In this document: in pieces, positions 8,321 to 17,880 of the stretch
Layout of the letters: each line of letters opens with the position of its first letter
How positions within the stretch are numbered: the stretch's first letter is position 1
Source of the DNA: Salinispira sp.
Lineage (GTDB): Bacteria > Spirochaetota > Spirochaetia > DSM-27196 > Salinispiraceae
Assembly (NCBI GenBank): GCA_965602015.1
Contig: OZ271918.1
Coordinates: 992,001-1,056,000 of the forward strand
DNA length: 64,000 nucleotides
Direction of reading: 5' to 3'
The notes under the pieces: generated by a model
What the model was told of the DNA's origin: nothing
Seen by the model: the letters and a program-made list of their open reading frames with translations, nothing else
Databases searched by the model: none
Position numbers and translations under genes: made by a program

Positions 8321-9811
8321 ATGGAACCGGAGAACAATCACGAGCCGCCTGCGGGTGATTATGAACTGCGTAAGCGCATCGAGGAATACTACCTACCCGC
8401 ACAGCTCATTGAGGCTATTCTCCAGCGGGGTAAGATTCCCGAGACCACCGAAGAGACCCACATAGGAATCGGTTTCATCGATATCGCCGATTACAGCTAC
8501 TTATCAAAATTTCTCACCCCCAAAGAAAACCAGATACTCCTCAACGGTTTGTACACCGCGTTCCAGTCGGTGTTGCTGCGTCGCGGAGGCTACCTCAACA
8601 AGATTGAAGGGGACAGTATGATGTTCCACTTCGGCGGGAGCCTCGACCGGAAAATGCACGGTCTCGAACTGGAAAAACAGGTAAAGATCATAGCCCGGGA
8701 ACTGTTTTATTCCTGTATTGAAATGCAGCGGGTCTGCGCCCTTTTTAACCAGGCGAACGACAAATTCCTCGATGCCGGAGCCACTGATACCGCCCGGCAG
8801 GCCCTCCAGGACGCCTTTGCGATAATCGAAGCCCTTCGTTCCAAAGGCGAACTGTTGGAATCATTCAACGCCTTCTTCCAAATCAGAATACGAATAGGCG
8901 CATCCATTGGAGAGGTTACCGTCGGAAACTTCGGCCCGGCGGGAGCAAAACAGTGGGATGTCATCGGCGTCCCGGTCATTCTTGCCAAGCGCATGGAGAC
9001 CACCGCTCCGGTTGGCGGAGTGAGAATTTCATCGGACTTTTACGATGTCTTAAATCAGTACGGCATAGCCGACAGTTATTGCAGCCGATTCCGGCGGGAA
9101 GCGGGCCTGTTGAGCTCAGCCTATGCTGAGGTGAAGGACGAGGAGATATTTCTTTTCAGCAACGTCAACATAAAGGAAAAGAAAAACGCCCAGTTTGACT
9201 CGTACAGCGTGCAGGTTAATCCCAACCTGCCGACCACCATTGCCGACCAGGTCGAATCCCTGCTTCTCCAGTCTGAGCCCGGGGCCGAGCGAATTCTCGA
9301 GCTCATTCAGTATTATCGGGGGAACCGTTACGTGGTAAACGCCATAGAAAACCGGATGAAGCTCAAGGGAGTTAAAATCCGCAAGCTCGACCTGCTTCAG
9401 TTTATTTTCCCCAAAAAATACCGGGAAATAATGGAGAAGAACGAGTACCGAAGCCCCCGGGAGCTGGAGGAAGAACTCAACTATAACTTCAGTCTGTACC
9501 TGCTTCTGGATAAGATGGGTACCTACCAGGACATCGTGAAGCAGAGCCCGGAATACACCCGCAGCGAAGAACCGTTTCGAAGCTATGAGGAAACCATGCA
9601 GAACGAGCGGATGGAAATTATCGAGAACTACAAAAAGCGGGAGTTCAGCATGGTTCAGCGCGCCTATTTCTTCAATGTGGTGTTCCCGCTGGTTTTTTCC
9701 TCAATTAAAAACTCAATAATCGAGTATCAGAATTCACTGTTCGAAGATGCGGAAATTGAAGAACTTGAAATTCTCGACGACGATGACGTGCAGGAAGTCG
9801 AAGAACTCTAA
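8321..9811 (+). CDS. Class III adenylate/guanylate cyclase domain protein with an unknown C-terminal domain
   Basis: FIDIADYS, NKIEGDSMM, RIRIGASIGEVTVGNFG, WDVIGVPVILAKRME. Confidence 0.88.
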   Translation: MEPENNHEPPAGDYELRKRIEEYYLPAQLIEAILQRGKIPETTEETHIGIGFIDIADYSYLSKFLTPKENQILLNGLYTAFQSVLLRRGGYLNKIEGDSMMFHFGGSLDRKMHGLELEKQVKIIARELFYSCIEMQRVCALFNQANDKFLDAGATDTARQALQDAFAIIEALRSKGELLESFNAFFQIRIRIGASIGEVTVGNFGPAGAKQWDVIGVPVILAKRMETTAPVGGVRISSDFYDVLNQYGIADSYCSRFRREAGLLSSAYAEVKDEEIFLFSNVNIKEKKNAQFDSYSVQVNPNLPTTIADQVESLLLQSEPGAERILELIQYYRGNRYVVNAIENRMKLKGVKIRKLDLLQFIFPKKYREIMEKNEYRSPRELEEELNYNFSLYLLLDKMGTYQDIVKQSPEYTRSEEPFRSYEETMQNERMEIIENYKKREFSMVQRAYFFNVVFPLVFSSIKNSIIEYQNSLFEDAEIEELEILDDDDVQEVEEL

Positions 9812-9871
9812 GCCTTGGTCGCCGGTTATTGAGGCCGCCGGCTGACCCATCGGCATTGTAATGCTTCCGGG

Positions 9872-9901
9872 CCAATCCCTCACCAATCCCTCACCAATCC
9901 C
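9872..9901. repeat. 11-bp tandem repeat (ccaatccctca x2.7) spanning the stop codon of the FAD gene
   Basis: Units at 9872-9882 and 9883-9893, partial unit at 9894-9901. Confidence 0.85.
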
Positions 9902-11042
9902 GGGCGAGCTGACGCCTGATTATTCTCCAGGCCAGATGGGCGCCGATAATATTCGGCGCGGCGGGCCCCAAACGGTACATCGCCGCCCCGCCGCTGAGAA
10001 AGGCCGCCTGCCCGATGCGCATATCGGCTCCGGGAATGGGGTAGCCCCTGACAAAATCCGAAGGATCATTCTCGGCTCCGGCGAGACCGCCGATCCCCCA
10101 GGAACCCGAATCGGGTTTTTCGAAGCCCGTGCAAAAAATAACAGGACCCTCATGAGTAAGGGCAAACTCCGCGAGATGAACATCCGCTTCAATTACCCGG
10201 TGGGAGGCTGCGCCCCGGCTGCACAGGTCGAGGAACTGCCGGGCTATTTCGGAGGGTACCGTTCCGGAGTAGCGGTGCTCCAGGATTATTTTCATACGGG
10301 ATGCCACGCCCTCAGTGGATTCCGCGGTTTTTAAAAGCGGGCGGCATTTCGGCCCCACGAAGCAGGGGTCGAAATCGAAGCGATACACTTCCAGGGGCCG
10401 CCGGGTTGCCAGCACCGGTTTTTTACCCTCGCCAGCGGCCTTCAGCGCGTATTGAAGCGCGCTGATCCCCCCTCCGATTATAAGCGGGGAGGACTCGAAG
10501 GGGGCAGAACCTGCGCCTTCTTTTTCGAATACGTGCCTGACGTATTTCCCGGCGGATCTCAAGCGACCGACCCATGGGGGATACTTCAATCCGCCGTGCT
10601 GGAATCCCCCGGCGTAGATTACGGTTCCGGACAGGTTTGAACCGTCGTCCAAAACAAGTCCGCCTTCTGGATCAATATGAACGGCTTTATGCCGCCGGTG
10701 TATGCTCTCAAGGCCGTAGCGTTCTATGCAGCTCCTGGCGTGGCTGTTGAAGAGTTCGATGGAAGGCCGGTGATAGGGACGGGCGAACTCCGGAGAATCC
10801 CAAAGCGGGATGCCTCGGTCCCGGGCGTAGCCGCGCAGATGATTAAAATCCGGATGGATACTGTGAGAAGAACTGGACCGTAGGTGGGTCATGCCGCAGG
10901 CTGAGGTCTGAAACCGCCAGTTTGCCAGAAGCTTGTCATGCGGATCGTAAATGCGTATGCGATCCCTGGGAACAGAAAGCTGTTCCATAAGGGCTATGGC
11001 GAAAAAACACCCCTGGAGACCGCCGCCGATAATATGGATCAT
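9891..11042 (-). CDS. FAD/NAD(P)-binding oxidoreductase
   Basis: N-terminal IIGGGLQG; second Rossmann motif IIGGGISA; FCTGF; LGPAAPNIIGA tail. Confidence 0.8.
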   Translation of the reverse strand: MIHIIGGGLQGCFFAIALMEQLSVPRDRIRIYDPHDKLLANWRFQTSACGMTHLRSSSSHSIHPDFNHLRGYARDRGIPLWDSPEFARPYHRPSIELFNSHARSCIERYGLESIHRRHKAVHIDPEGGLVLDDGSNLSGTVIYAGGFQHGGLKYPPWVGRLRSAGKYVRHVFEKEGAGSAPFESSPLIIGGGISALQYALKAAGEGKKPVLATRRPLEVYRFDFDPCFVGPKCRPLLKTAESTEGVASRMKIILEHRYSGTVPSEIARQFLDLCSRGAASHRVIEADVHLAEFALTHEGPVIFCTGFEKPDSGSWGIGGLAGAENDPSDFVRGYPIPGADMRIGQAAFLSGGAAMYRLGPAAPNIIGAHLAWRIIRRQLARDW

Positions 11043-12856
11043 TTTTTCAGGGATTTTGAAAACTCCGTCCAGGCGTCGTTTCGTTCCTGCTCGCTGTAGC
11101 GCCGTTTTGCCACAGCCTTTGCTTCTTCCGCCATACTCTGTTTGTGCTTTTTCTCCGGTTTAAAGTCCCGCCCATTGGAAAGCCGCCGTTCGGCCCGGGA
11201 AGTCCCGCGGCGCTGGCCCCGTGATGGGCTGCTTCCCCGTTCGTTGGCCCGGGAAAGTCCCCCGGTTTTACCGTGCGGATATTTGGAGGGCAGGGCCGCC
11301 TCGGTCTCCATCCGCTGATAGATTCGGCTGACCTGATCGGCGAACTTGTTCCTGAAACTCTCATGCCTGCCGGTAATCCGCATAATGATTTGCCGGAGGA
11401 TGCTGAAGTTCAAAAACGCATGATGATACATGTCTTTTACGTTCAGGTTAAAAATGACCTGAAGTTCCTTGAACTGGATTTGGTCCGGATAAAAAAAGCT
11501 CACCAAAACGCCCTTCATTTCATCTACGCTGTTTAACTGTCTGGTCTTTCGGGCGGACTGAATAAACGCTTCGGCCACCGTGGCGGGTTTCGCCAAAAGT
11601 GAGGCGCTGAGTTTATCCATCTGTTTCACCTGATCTTCAATATCGGATTCGAAAGTTGCGCTGGAGTTAAAAATGTTCGCCGCCAGGCCCTGTTTGCTGC
11701 GTATGTAGCGGCTCATCAGCGGCAGATAGTGCTTGTATAGCTCCCTGCTGAGCTTTTCCACTCTCTGGATAAACAAGGGCTTTATATTATCCTCATGGAT
11801 GAGATTTTCATCCAGTTGGAGAATTACCGGCAAATTTCTCCCGCTTTCGGCCCTGAAATAGGCCTTTTCGAAGTCAGAACGGAAATTCGGGAAGTACTCG
11901 CCGTATTTCTCCTTAAAGCTGTCGATGTGATTTTCGAAGAGATCCCGGGGAACCAGGTAATTCTCAGCTTTCTGGATTATTTCAGCCAGGGCGCTCATGT
12001 CCGCCTGCTTTTCCTCATCACGGGCTTTTTTCTCTTTTGCGACGATTATTTGAGCTTCCAGAAATCTGTGAAGATACCGGCAGATATCGAAAAGGTCCTC
12101 GGGAATTTTCACCTTGCGCTGTACCATGAGGTTTTCTTTTTGCTCCAGAAAGGTGCCGGTCATGTCCTTCCAGAAGCCCGGTTCCTTCGCATCGATGTTT
12201 CCCCGAAGTTCAGTAAGGCTCATTTCAAGAATCGAGGCGCCCAGGGCCAGGAAGTTGCTGCTTTGAAAAAGACTTCGCATTTTGGATATGGCGATAGTGA
12301 GGATTCGCACCAGGGAATTCTGGGTAAGCAAAAACATGTCGCTGCCTTGGTTTTCCACCATGTACATATCTGTGCCCCGGGTCTTTTTATGAACATACAA
12401 CTCGGCAATATCGCGGTACTTCATTTCCCTCAGGTATTCGACGGGAATCGGCGTTCCTTTTTCTGTCATGCCTTTCTGGGTCGGCAGCGGCTGATGAAGA
12501 TTTTCGAACACGTCGAGAATTTCTTCTTCCAGAAGATAGCTGAAGAAAATTTGCTGGCCGGGTTCGCAAATCAGTATGGAATCCGGTTCCCGGCTTCCCT
12601 CTTTGATTTTCGAGACGATAATCCCCATGTGCCCCTTGCTGAGCTTGGCCATAAGGCGCATCAGCTCGGCGTTTGAATTCGGCGTATCGCGGTTTATCAT
12701 GGCGATGAACCGGGCATAGGGGATGAGGGGTTCCCACACCCGGCAGAGCTTGTGAAAAATAGAGCGCTCATTGGGGCTGAAATTGCCCAATTGGGAGAGG
12801 TAGGCTTCCCGTTCCTTCTCGTCATAGGTTACGAAAACCGGTTGAATCAATGACAT
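11039..12856 (-). CDS. Hypothetical protein, 605 aa, helical with a basic disordered C-terminus
   Basis: Long ORF with natural composition; ATGA overlap with the downstream FAD gene; extended -10 (TGaTATACT) 6 nt before the ATG. Confidence 0.75.
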   Translation of the reverse strand: MSLIQPVFVTYDEKEREAYLSQLGNFSPNERSIFHKLCRVWEPLIPYARFIAMINRDTPNSNAELMRLMAKLSKGHMGIIVSKIKEGSREPDSILICEPGQQIFFSYLLEEEILDVFENLHQPLPTQKGMTEKGTPIPVEYLREMKYRDIAELYVHKKTRGTDMYMVENQGSDMFLLTQNSLVRILTIAISKMRSLFQSSNFLALGASILEMSLTELRGNIDAKEPGFWKDMTGTFLEQKENLMVQRKVKIPEDLFDICRYLHRFLEAQIIVAKEKKARDEEKQADMSALAEIIQKAENYLVPRDLFENHIDSFKEKYGEYFPNFRSDFEKAYFRAESGRNLPVILQLDENLIHEDNIKPLFIQRVEKLSRELYKHYLPLMSRYIRSKQGLAANIFNSSATFESDIEDQVKQMDKLSASLLAKPATVAEAFIQSARKTRQLNSVDEMKGVLVSFFYPDQIQFKELQVIFNLNVKDMYHHAFLNFSILRQIIMRITGRHESFRNKFADQVSRIYQRMETEAALPSKYPHGKTGGLSRANERGSSPSRGQRRGTSRAERRLSNGRDFKPEKKHKQSMAEEAKAVAKRRYSEQERNDAWTEFSKSLKK

Positions 12857-12970
12857 GGCTCAAGTATATCATGTTCGACTTATCATTACACAGCGTCAAT
12901 GGGCATTGGCCGGCAAATATCCTGGCCAAGATGCGGCGGCCTCATTAAACTTTAATATTGAGGGAATCTA

Positions 12971-14053
12971 ATGAAGAAGATGAAACGCCATCACGAAAGC
13001 TACGATTATCTCTACGATCTGCTGCAGCGGACCCCTGTCTGGCCCCTTGATGAGAACCGCAAGTACCTGATATTTAGCGATCTGCACATGGGCGCCGGTG
13101 GCCGGAACGACGATTTTGAACCCAACGCCGATATGTTCCTGGACATCCTCGATGATTATCTCAGTCGGGGTTTCACGCTTATTCTTAACGGCGATGTGGA
13201 GGAGCTCCTGCGGTTTAACCTGCGGGACATCATGAGCCGCTGGGCAAGGTTTTTTGCCATTCTGGATGGGTTTCGCGATGGTCCGGGACTCTACAAGATA
13301 ATCGGCAATCACGATCTGGAGTTGCAGGATGCGGCGGACTATCCCTATGAGCTATATGAGGCCCTTACCTTCGATTACAAGGGTAACCGGCTCTTTATCT
13401 TTCACGGGCACCAGACAATGCGCAGGTACCGGGAGTACAACCGGGCCATTCACTACACCCTTAAGTATCTCGCAAATCCTCTGAATATTAAGAATTACGC
13501 AGTCAGCCACTCCAGCCACAAACGATTTACCACCGAAAAACGGGTGTATCAATTCAGCTCGGAGCAGAAGGTGATGAGCATCATCGGGCACACCCACCGC
13601 CCTTTGTTTGAGTCGATGTCAAAAATTGACAGTATCCGTTTTGAAATTGAACGGCTGTGCAGGGAATATCCAAAGACCAGCGATGAGAAACGCATCCGCT
13701 CGGAGCGCCAGATAGCCGATCTGCGCCAACGGCTTACCCGGGTGCTTGACCGGGCCGATCATTTCGAAATCCGCAACAGCCTGTATAACGCCAACCTGGT
13801 GGTCCCCTGCATGTTCAACTCGGGTACGGTGTTGGGCAAGCGGGGAATGACATGCCTTGAAATAAAAAACGGGAAAATTCTTCTGCGCCACTGGTTTGAT
13901 GAACGGCGCAGCAGCCGCTTTCTCGATTATGTGAGCCTCAGCACCAAGCAGCTTAACAACAGCTCTATCTATAAGGTAAAAATGAAGGAGGACAGTCTCG
14001 ATTATATTTTTACCCGTATCCGGCTGCTGGGCGGAACCGACCTTTCGGGATAA
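12971..14053 (+). CDS. Calcineurin-like metallophosphoesterase
   Basis: SDLH, NGD, GNHD, FHGH and GHTH motifs. Confidence 0.88.
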   Translation: MKKMKRHHESYDYLYDLLQRTPVWPLDENRKYLIFSDLHMGAGGRNDDFEPNADMFLDILDDYLSRGFTLILNGDVEELLRFNLRDIMSRWARFFAILDGFRDGPGLYKIIGNHDLELQDAADYPYELYEALTFDYKGNRLFIFHGHQTMRRYREYNRAIHYTLKYLANPLNIKNYAVSHSSHKRFTTEKRVYQFSSEQKVMSIIGHTHRPLFESMSKIDSIRFEIERLCREYPKTSDEKRIRSERQIADLRQRLTRVLDRADHFEIRNSLYNANLVVPCMFNSGTVLGKRGMTCLEIKNGKILLRHWFDERRSSRFLDYVSLSTKQLNNSSIYKVKMKEDSLDYIFTRIRLLGGTDLSG

Positions 14054-14091
14054 ATCCGGCCTGGCGGAGCCCGAAGGTCCAGCGGGTTTCA

Positions 14092-14120
14092 TGGACATAC
14101 TCTCTGTGCTGTAGTACTCT
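14092..14120 (+). promoter_or_regulatory. Promoter abutting the coaX start
   Basis: TGGACA-N17-TACTCT-N8-ATG(14129); no SD. Confidence 0.5.
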
Positions 14121-14128
14121 GAATTATC

Positions 14129-14932
14129 ATGCTGCTGTGTATAAACATCGGAAACACGAATATATCTCTCGGCGTGTACTCGGGAAGCCAGTGGCTTAGC
14201 CATTGGCGGCTGAGCACTGTTGGAACCCGTACCGCCGACGAATACGAAATGCTCATCCGGCCCTTCCTCGAACGCGACGGCCTGGCCATTGAAAAAATCG
14301 ATGCCATGGCAATCGCCAGCGTTGTTCCCGAGCTTGTGGATACCTTTAGCCGTCTCAGCGCCCAACTGTTCTCCCGCGAGCCGTTTTATGTCCATTCGGG
14401 AATAGCCACCGGTCTTGATATCCGTATTGATAATAGCGGCGAACTGGGCGCCGACCTGGTTGCCAACGCGGTTGCGGGATATCGGCTTGCAAATGGGGGC
14501 GACAGCGAATCCGCCCGGGAATCCGGAGGGTACGGGGCCATTATAATCGATTTCGGCACCGCCCTGACTTTCACCATGGTGAGCGGCGATGCCCGCATCC
14601 TCGGTGTATCCATAGCTCCCGGTTTGAACGGTGCCATTAAAGCCCTGGCGGGCGACACCGCCCAACTGCCCCATGTGAAACTCGAAGCTCCGGAAAAGGT
14701 TATCGGAACGAATACCATTAGCTCGATACAGTCCGGAGTGATTTACGGCTATACGGGGCTGGTCGAATCAATGGTTTCCCGAATACGCAGGGAGATGGGC
14801 GGTGAAGTGAAAATCGTGGCGACCGGAGGCCTGCACCGGGTAATCGCCGTTCTCACCGATTGTTTCGATTTTCAGGAACCCTGGCTCCACCTCGAGGGCA
14901 TCAGGGAAATATACCAGCTCAATTCAAAATAA
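14129..14932 (+). CDS. coaX: Type III pantothenate kinase
   Basis: IGNTN, ASVVP, LGAD, IIDFGTA, SIAPG, IGTNTISSIQSG, VATGG motifs. Confidence 0.9.
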   Translation: MLLCINIGNTNISLGVYSGSQWLSHWRLSTVGTRTADEYEMLIRPFLERDGLAIEKIDAMAIASVVPELVDTFSRLSAQLFSREPFYVHSGIATGLDIRIDNSGELGADLVANAVAGYRLANGGDSESARESGGYGAIIIDFGTALTFTMVSGDARILGVSIAPGLNGAIKALAGDTAQLPHVKLEAPEKVIGTNTISSIQSGVIYGYTGLVESMVSRIRREMGGEVKIVATGGLHRVIAVLTDCFDFQEPWLHLEGIREIYQLNSK

Positions 14933-16421
14933 TTATTTCAACCCGGCGGTTCCTGGCTCTGCCTTGGGCGGTGGCGTTGTCTCCCAGAGGTTCCCGGGCG
15001 CCCCGGCCTTCGAATCGTATGGTTCCCGGAGGCAGTCCGCGGTCGGCGAGCATTTGAGCCACCGTCCGGGCCCGTTCTACCGAAAGGTTTTGCTGGCCCG
15101 TCGGATTACCCACATCGGCAGTGTGACCCACCACCAAAAAACGCCGCTCCCCCGCCTGGCGAAGGAGGTCGACCAGAACGTCCATCCGGGCCATCTCGCC
15201 GGGCAGGAGTTCGGCGCTGTCCGGCCGGAACTGAAGATTCGGAAGATTCAACGATAAACCGAGGCTGCTTGCCGACAGCTCAATATCCCCGCTTTCAGAT
15301 GAGATGCGTTCGGGAACTTGCGGCGGAAGCCGGGGAGCCTGGTCCCCGGGCGCCACGGGCGCAGCGGCGGGCGTTGTACCCGGCGTCGCGGGCGCAGCGG
15401 CGGGCGGCGGATCGACCGCCGGCGGATTGGCCGGCGTCGCATCGGCCGCAGTTTCGCCGGACTGACCGGACGTAGTGGCAAGCGCCGGCCCCGGCGCGGG
15501 CTCTGAAGAGTCCTGAGTCCGGCTGACGCTGGCCGATGCGCTGCTGGCGATGCCCCTGAGAAACACCGGGTCGTCATACACCGGCCTGGGGCTTCGAATC
15601 CAGGTGAGCCCGAAGCCCTCCAGCCTGATTTGCCTTCCGCCGGTCAAACCGTACTGCTCTGTGATGCTGTTGTTCATGAGAATACGGGTTTCATCCCCGG
15701 GAAAGACGCTAATACGCAGCATATTTCTTCCCTGCACCGCGAAGCCGGTTTGCCTCCCGTCGCTGCGTAAGGCGAAATCCGCATCGAAAAAATGAACCGT
15801 CGCCCCCAGGTATTCTCCGGTGCCCCGGTAGATGTATCGGACATAGACCGAAACCGGGGAGAAGCGTCCGTCGCCTTCGGGGTCGACCAGACGGTATGCC
15901 GGCGCTTCATAGCTAAATCCTTCCTCGGGAATGCCCGGACCCTCCAATCGGTAGAGGGTTGCGGCGGGCAGAACGGGAAAGTTCCGGTACTCGGGAAAAC
16001 TGTACAGATGAGCCGGATAGCTTCCGCTGGCTGGCTGGTAGAGCAGTTCATCAAGGGTAAAAACCCGACGGTCTGAGCGGTCTATTCCGGCGACCACCGC
16101 CCTGAGGTCTCGGGTGGTCTCGGATATCTGCCAGAAAGAGGACTCGTAGCGGTTGCCCTCGCTCCGCCGGAGTTGGCCGGAAATTTCTACATATCGCAGG
16201 CCCCGGTAGGAGTTATTTTCATAGATCCGCAGATTATACCTGCTGAGGTATGTTGTTCCATCGGGAATAATTATCGGTACCAGATCCAGTTCATCCGGAG
16301 AGTCCGACGCCAGCTGAGCGGTAATTGCTGGGGTTGAGGTGAGAAAAAGGACCATCAGGCAAATAAAGGTGACAGCCGCAGGCTTCCCGCTTGTTTTATG
16401 TTTTGTGCTGATGAATATCAT
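14919..16421 (-). CDS. Exported protein with a Pro/Ala-rich linker and C-terminal OmpA-like peptidoglycan-binding domain
   Basis: Signal peptide; GHTAD, LSVERA, GRG..PLGDN, NRRVEI. Confidence 0.88.
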   Translation of the reverse strand: MIFISTKHKTSGKPAAVTFICLMVLFLTSTPAITAQLASDSPDELDLVPIIIPDGTTYLSRYNLRIYENNSYRGLRYVEISGQLRRSEGNRYESSFWQISETTRDLRAVVAGIDRSDRRVFTLDELLYQPASGSYPAHLYSFPEYRNFPVLPAATLYRLEGPGIPEEGFSYEAPAYRLVDPEGDGRFSPVSVYVRYIYRGTGEYLGATVHFFDADFALRSDGRQTGFAVQGRNMLRISVFPGDETRILMNNSITEQYGLTGGRQIRLEGFGLTWIRSPRPVYDDPVFLRGIASSASASVSRTQDSSEPAPGPALATTSGQSGETAADATPANPPAVDPPPAAAPATPGTTPAAAPVAPGDQAPRLPPQVPERISSESGDIELSASSLGLSLNLPNLQFRPDSAELLPGEMARMDVLVDLLRQAGERRFLVVGHTADVGNPTGQQNLSVERARTVAQMLADRGLPPGTIRFEGRGAREPLGDNATAQGRARNRRVEIIILN

Positions 16422-16475
16422 TGGTATATCCCGGTACTACTCAGTAGTATTGTACTGTCTTTAGGAGGTTTGTAC

Positions 16476-17183
16476 ATGGGCCGGAGTGGAAAATACACGG
16501 TGATTGCCGTGCTTGGAGTAGTGGTCGCCATCGGAACGATTTTTTTTACCGTGCGTTCAATTGCCGGCGGGGTAAACCTTAACCGGACCGAGCGCAGGCA
16601 GGCGGGAGGATTTGTGGAAACCAGCGTAAATCTCGAAGAAACAGTGAGAATCGAAGTTGAAGGCGTGTGGAAGGTCAGGGTTATGCCTGCAGAAAACGGA
16701 GCGTCTGTGGAGCTGTCGGCACCGGAGGATGTAATCGATGAGGTGATATCCCGTTCAGATAGCACTCTTCGGCTGGTCATTCCCCCGGGAGCCCGCAGTT
16801 TCCGGTCAAGTCTGGAGGCGACGGTGTATACTGACAGCCTCGAGGAGCTGTCGATCGAAGGCGCCAGCAGCGTAGAACTGGAGGATCTGAGCATTGATGC
16901 CCTTTTGATTACCATTGAGGGTGCCGGAAGCATTGAGGCAGAAGACCTTGCGGTGCAAACCCTTACGGTAAACGCCGAAGGTGCGGCCAACGTCGATTTT
17001 ATGGACTCTTCAGTGGCAAATGCCCAGATTAATATAGAAGGGGCTGCGAAAGTCGACCTTATGATGGGCGGGGGATTCCTGGAAGGCAGTCTGGAAGGCA
17101 TAGGTAAGGTCCGGTATCGGGGCGAGGTCAGCAAACGGAATTTCAGCATAGACGGTCTGGGCAGTATCGAGTACCTTGATTAG
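16476..17183 (+). CDS. DUF2807/GIN-like beta-helical repeat protein with an N-terminal TM anchor
   Basis: Repeated IEGAxxV/I units; AGGAGG SD at 16463-16468 supports the ATG at 16476. Confidence 0.75.
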   Translation: MGRSGKYTVIAVLGVVVAIGTIFFTVRSIAGGVNLNRTERRQAGGFVETSVNLEETVRIEVEGVWKVRVMPAENGASVELSAPEDVIDEVISRSDSTLRLVIPPGARSFRSSLEATVYTDSLEELSIEGASSVELEDLSIDALLITIEGAGSIEAEDLAVQTLTVNAEGAANVDFMDSSVANAQINIEGAAKVDLMMGGGFLEGSLEGIGKVRYRGEVSKRNFSIDGLGSIEYLD

Positions 17184-17237
17184 TACATCGACGGAGAAAT
17201 CGTGCGGGAAGCCTCAAGAAATCCGTCAGGAGGAATA

Positions 17238-17849
17238 ATGAACAGCGAAGAAAAGGCGTTTTTTTCCGAATTGATATCCGACGGTAACTACCTGGGAGCT
17301 GCCCAGTACCTCAGAGAGATTAGCCTTCCCAAAGCCCAGCGCTCAGCCCATATGGGAAAGGTCGTGCAGGCGGTAATCCAGGACCTGGGAGCCGCAAGAT
17401 CCAGGAGCGACCGCGAGCGGGTGGTATTTCTCCGCTCGGTTCTCGCCTGGCTGCTCAAGGAGTATCCGGGACTCGGCTCGCTGTACCGTGAGCAGCTTCG
17501 GCTGGCCTCCGGAGGAACCGACGTGTTGCCGGAACTCGCCCGGGGCGTACGGAATATGGGCGATGTTCTCAGCGGCAAAAAGACCGTGCAGGAAGGTATG
17601 GAGGATGCCGCCGAGCCCCTGGAAAGTCTGGCGGATCAGGCCGGAAATTTTATTCGCGACGGATTAAACCAGGTCGGAGATTTCTTTGCGAACCTCAACC
17701 GTGACCCCCAAAGCTCTGCCGGTAGCGGCGGAGACAAGAAATCCGCGCCCGGAACCGAAGATGAGGAGGAGTCCCAGCCGGTTGATATCACCATTGAAGA
17801 TGCCGACGACCCCCTGCCCAACGATATCCACGACGCGGACAAAAGCTGA
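17238..17849 (+). CDS. Hypothetical protein with an acidic C-terminus
   Basis: AGGAGG SD before the ATG at 17238; co-oriented with the DUF2807 gene. Confidence 0.7.
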   Translation: MNSEEKAFFSELISDGNYLGAAQYLREISLPKAQRSAHMGKVVQAVIQDLGAARSRSDRERVVFLRSVLAWLLKEYPGLGSLYREQLRLASGGTDVLPELARGVRNMGDVLSGKKTVQEGMEDAAEPLESLADQAGNFIRDGLNQVGDFFANLNRDPQSSAGSGGDKKSAPGTEDEEESQPVDITIEDADDPLPNDIHDADKS

Positions 17850-17880
17850 ACCGCTGCTTGTTGAGCCTAAGGCCGGGAAA

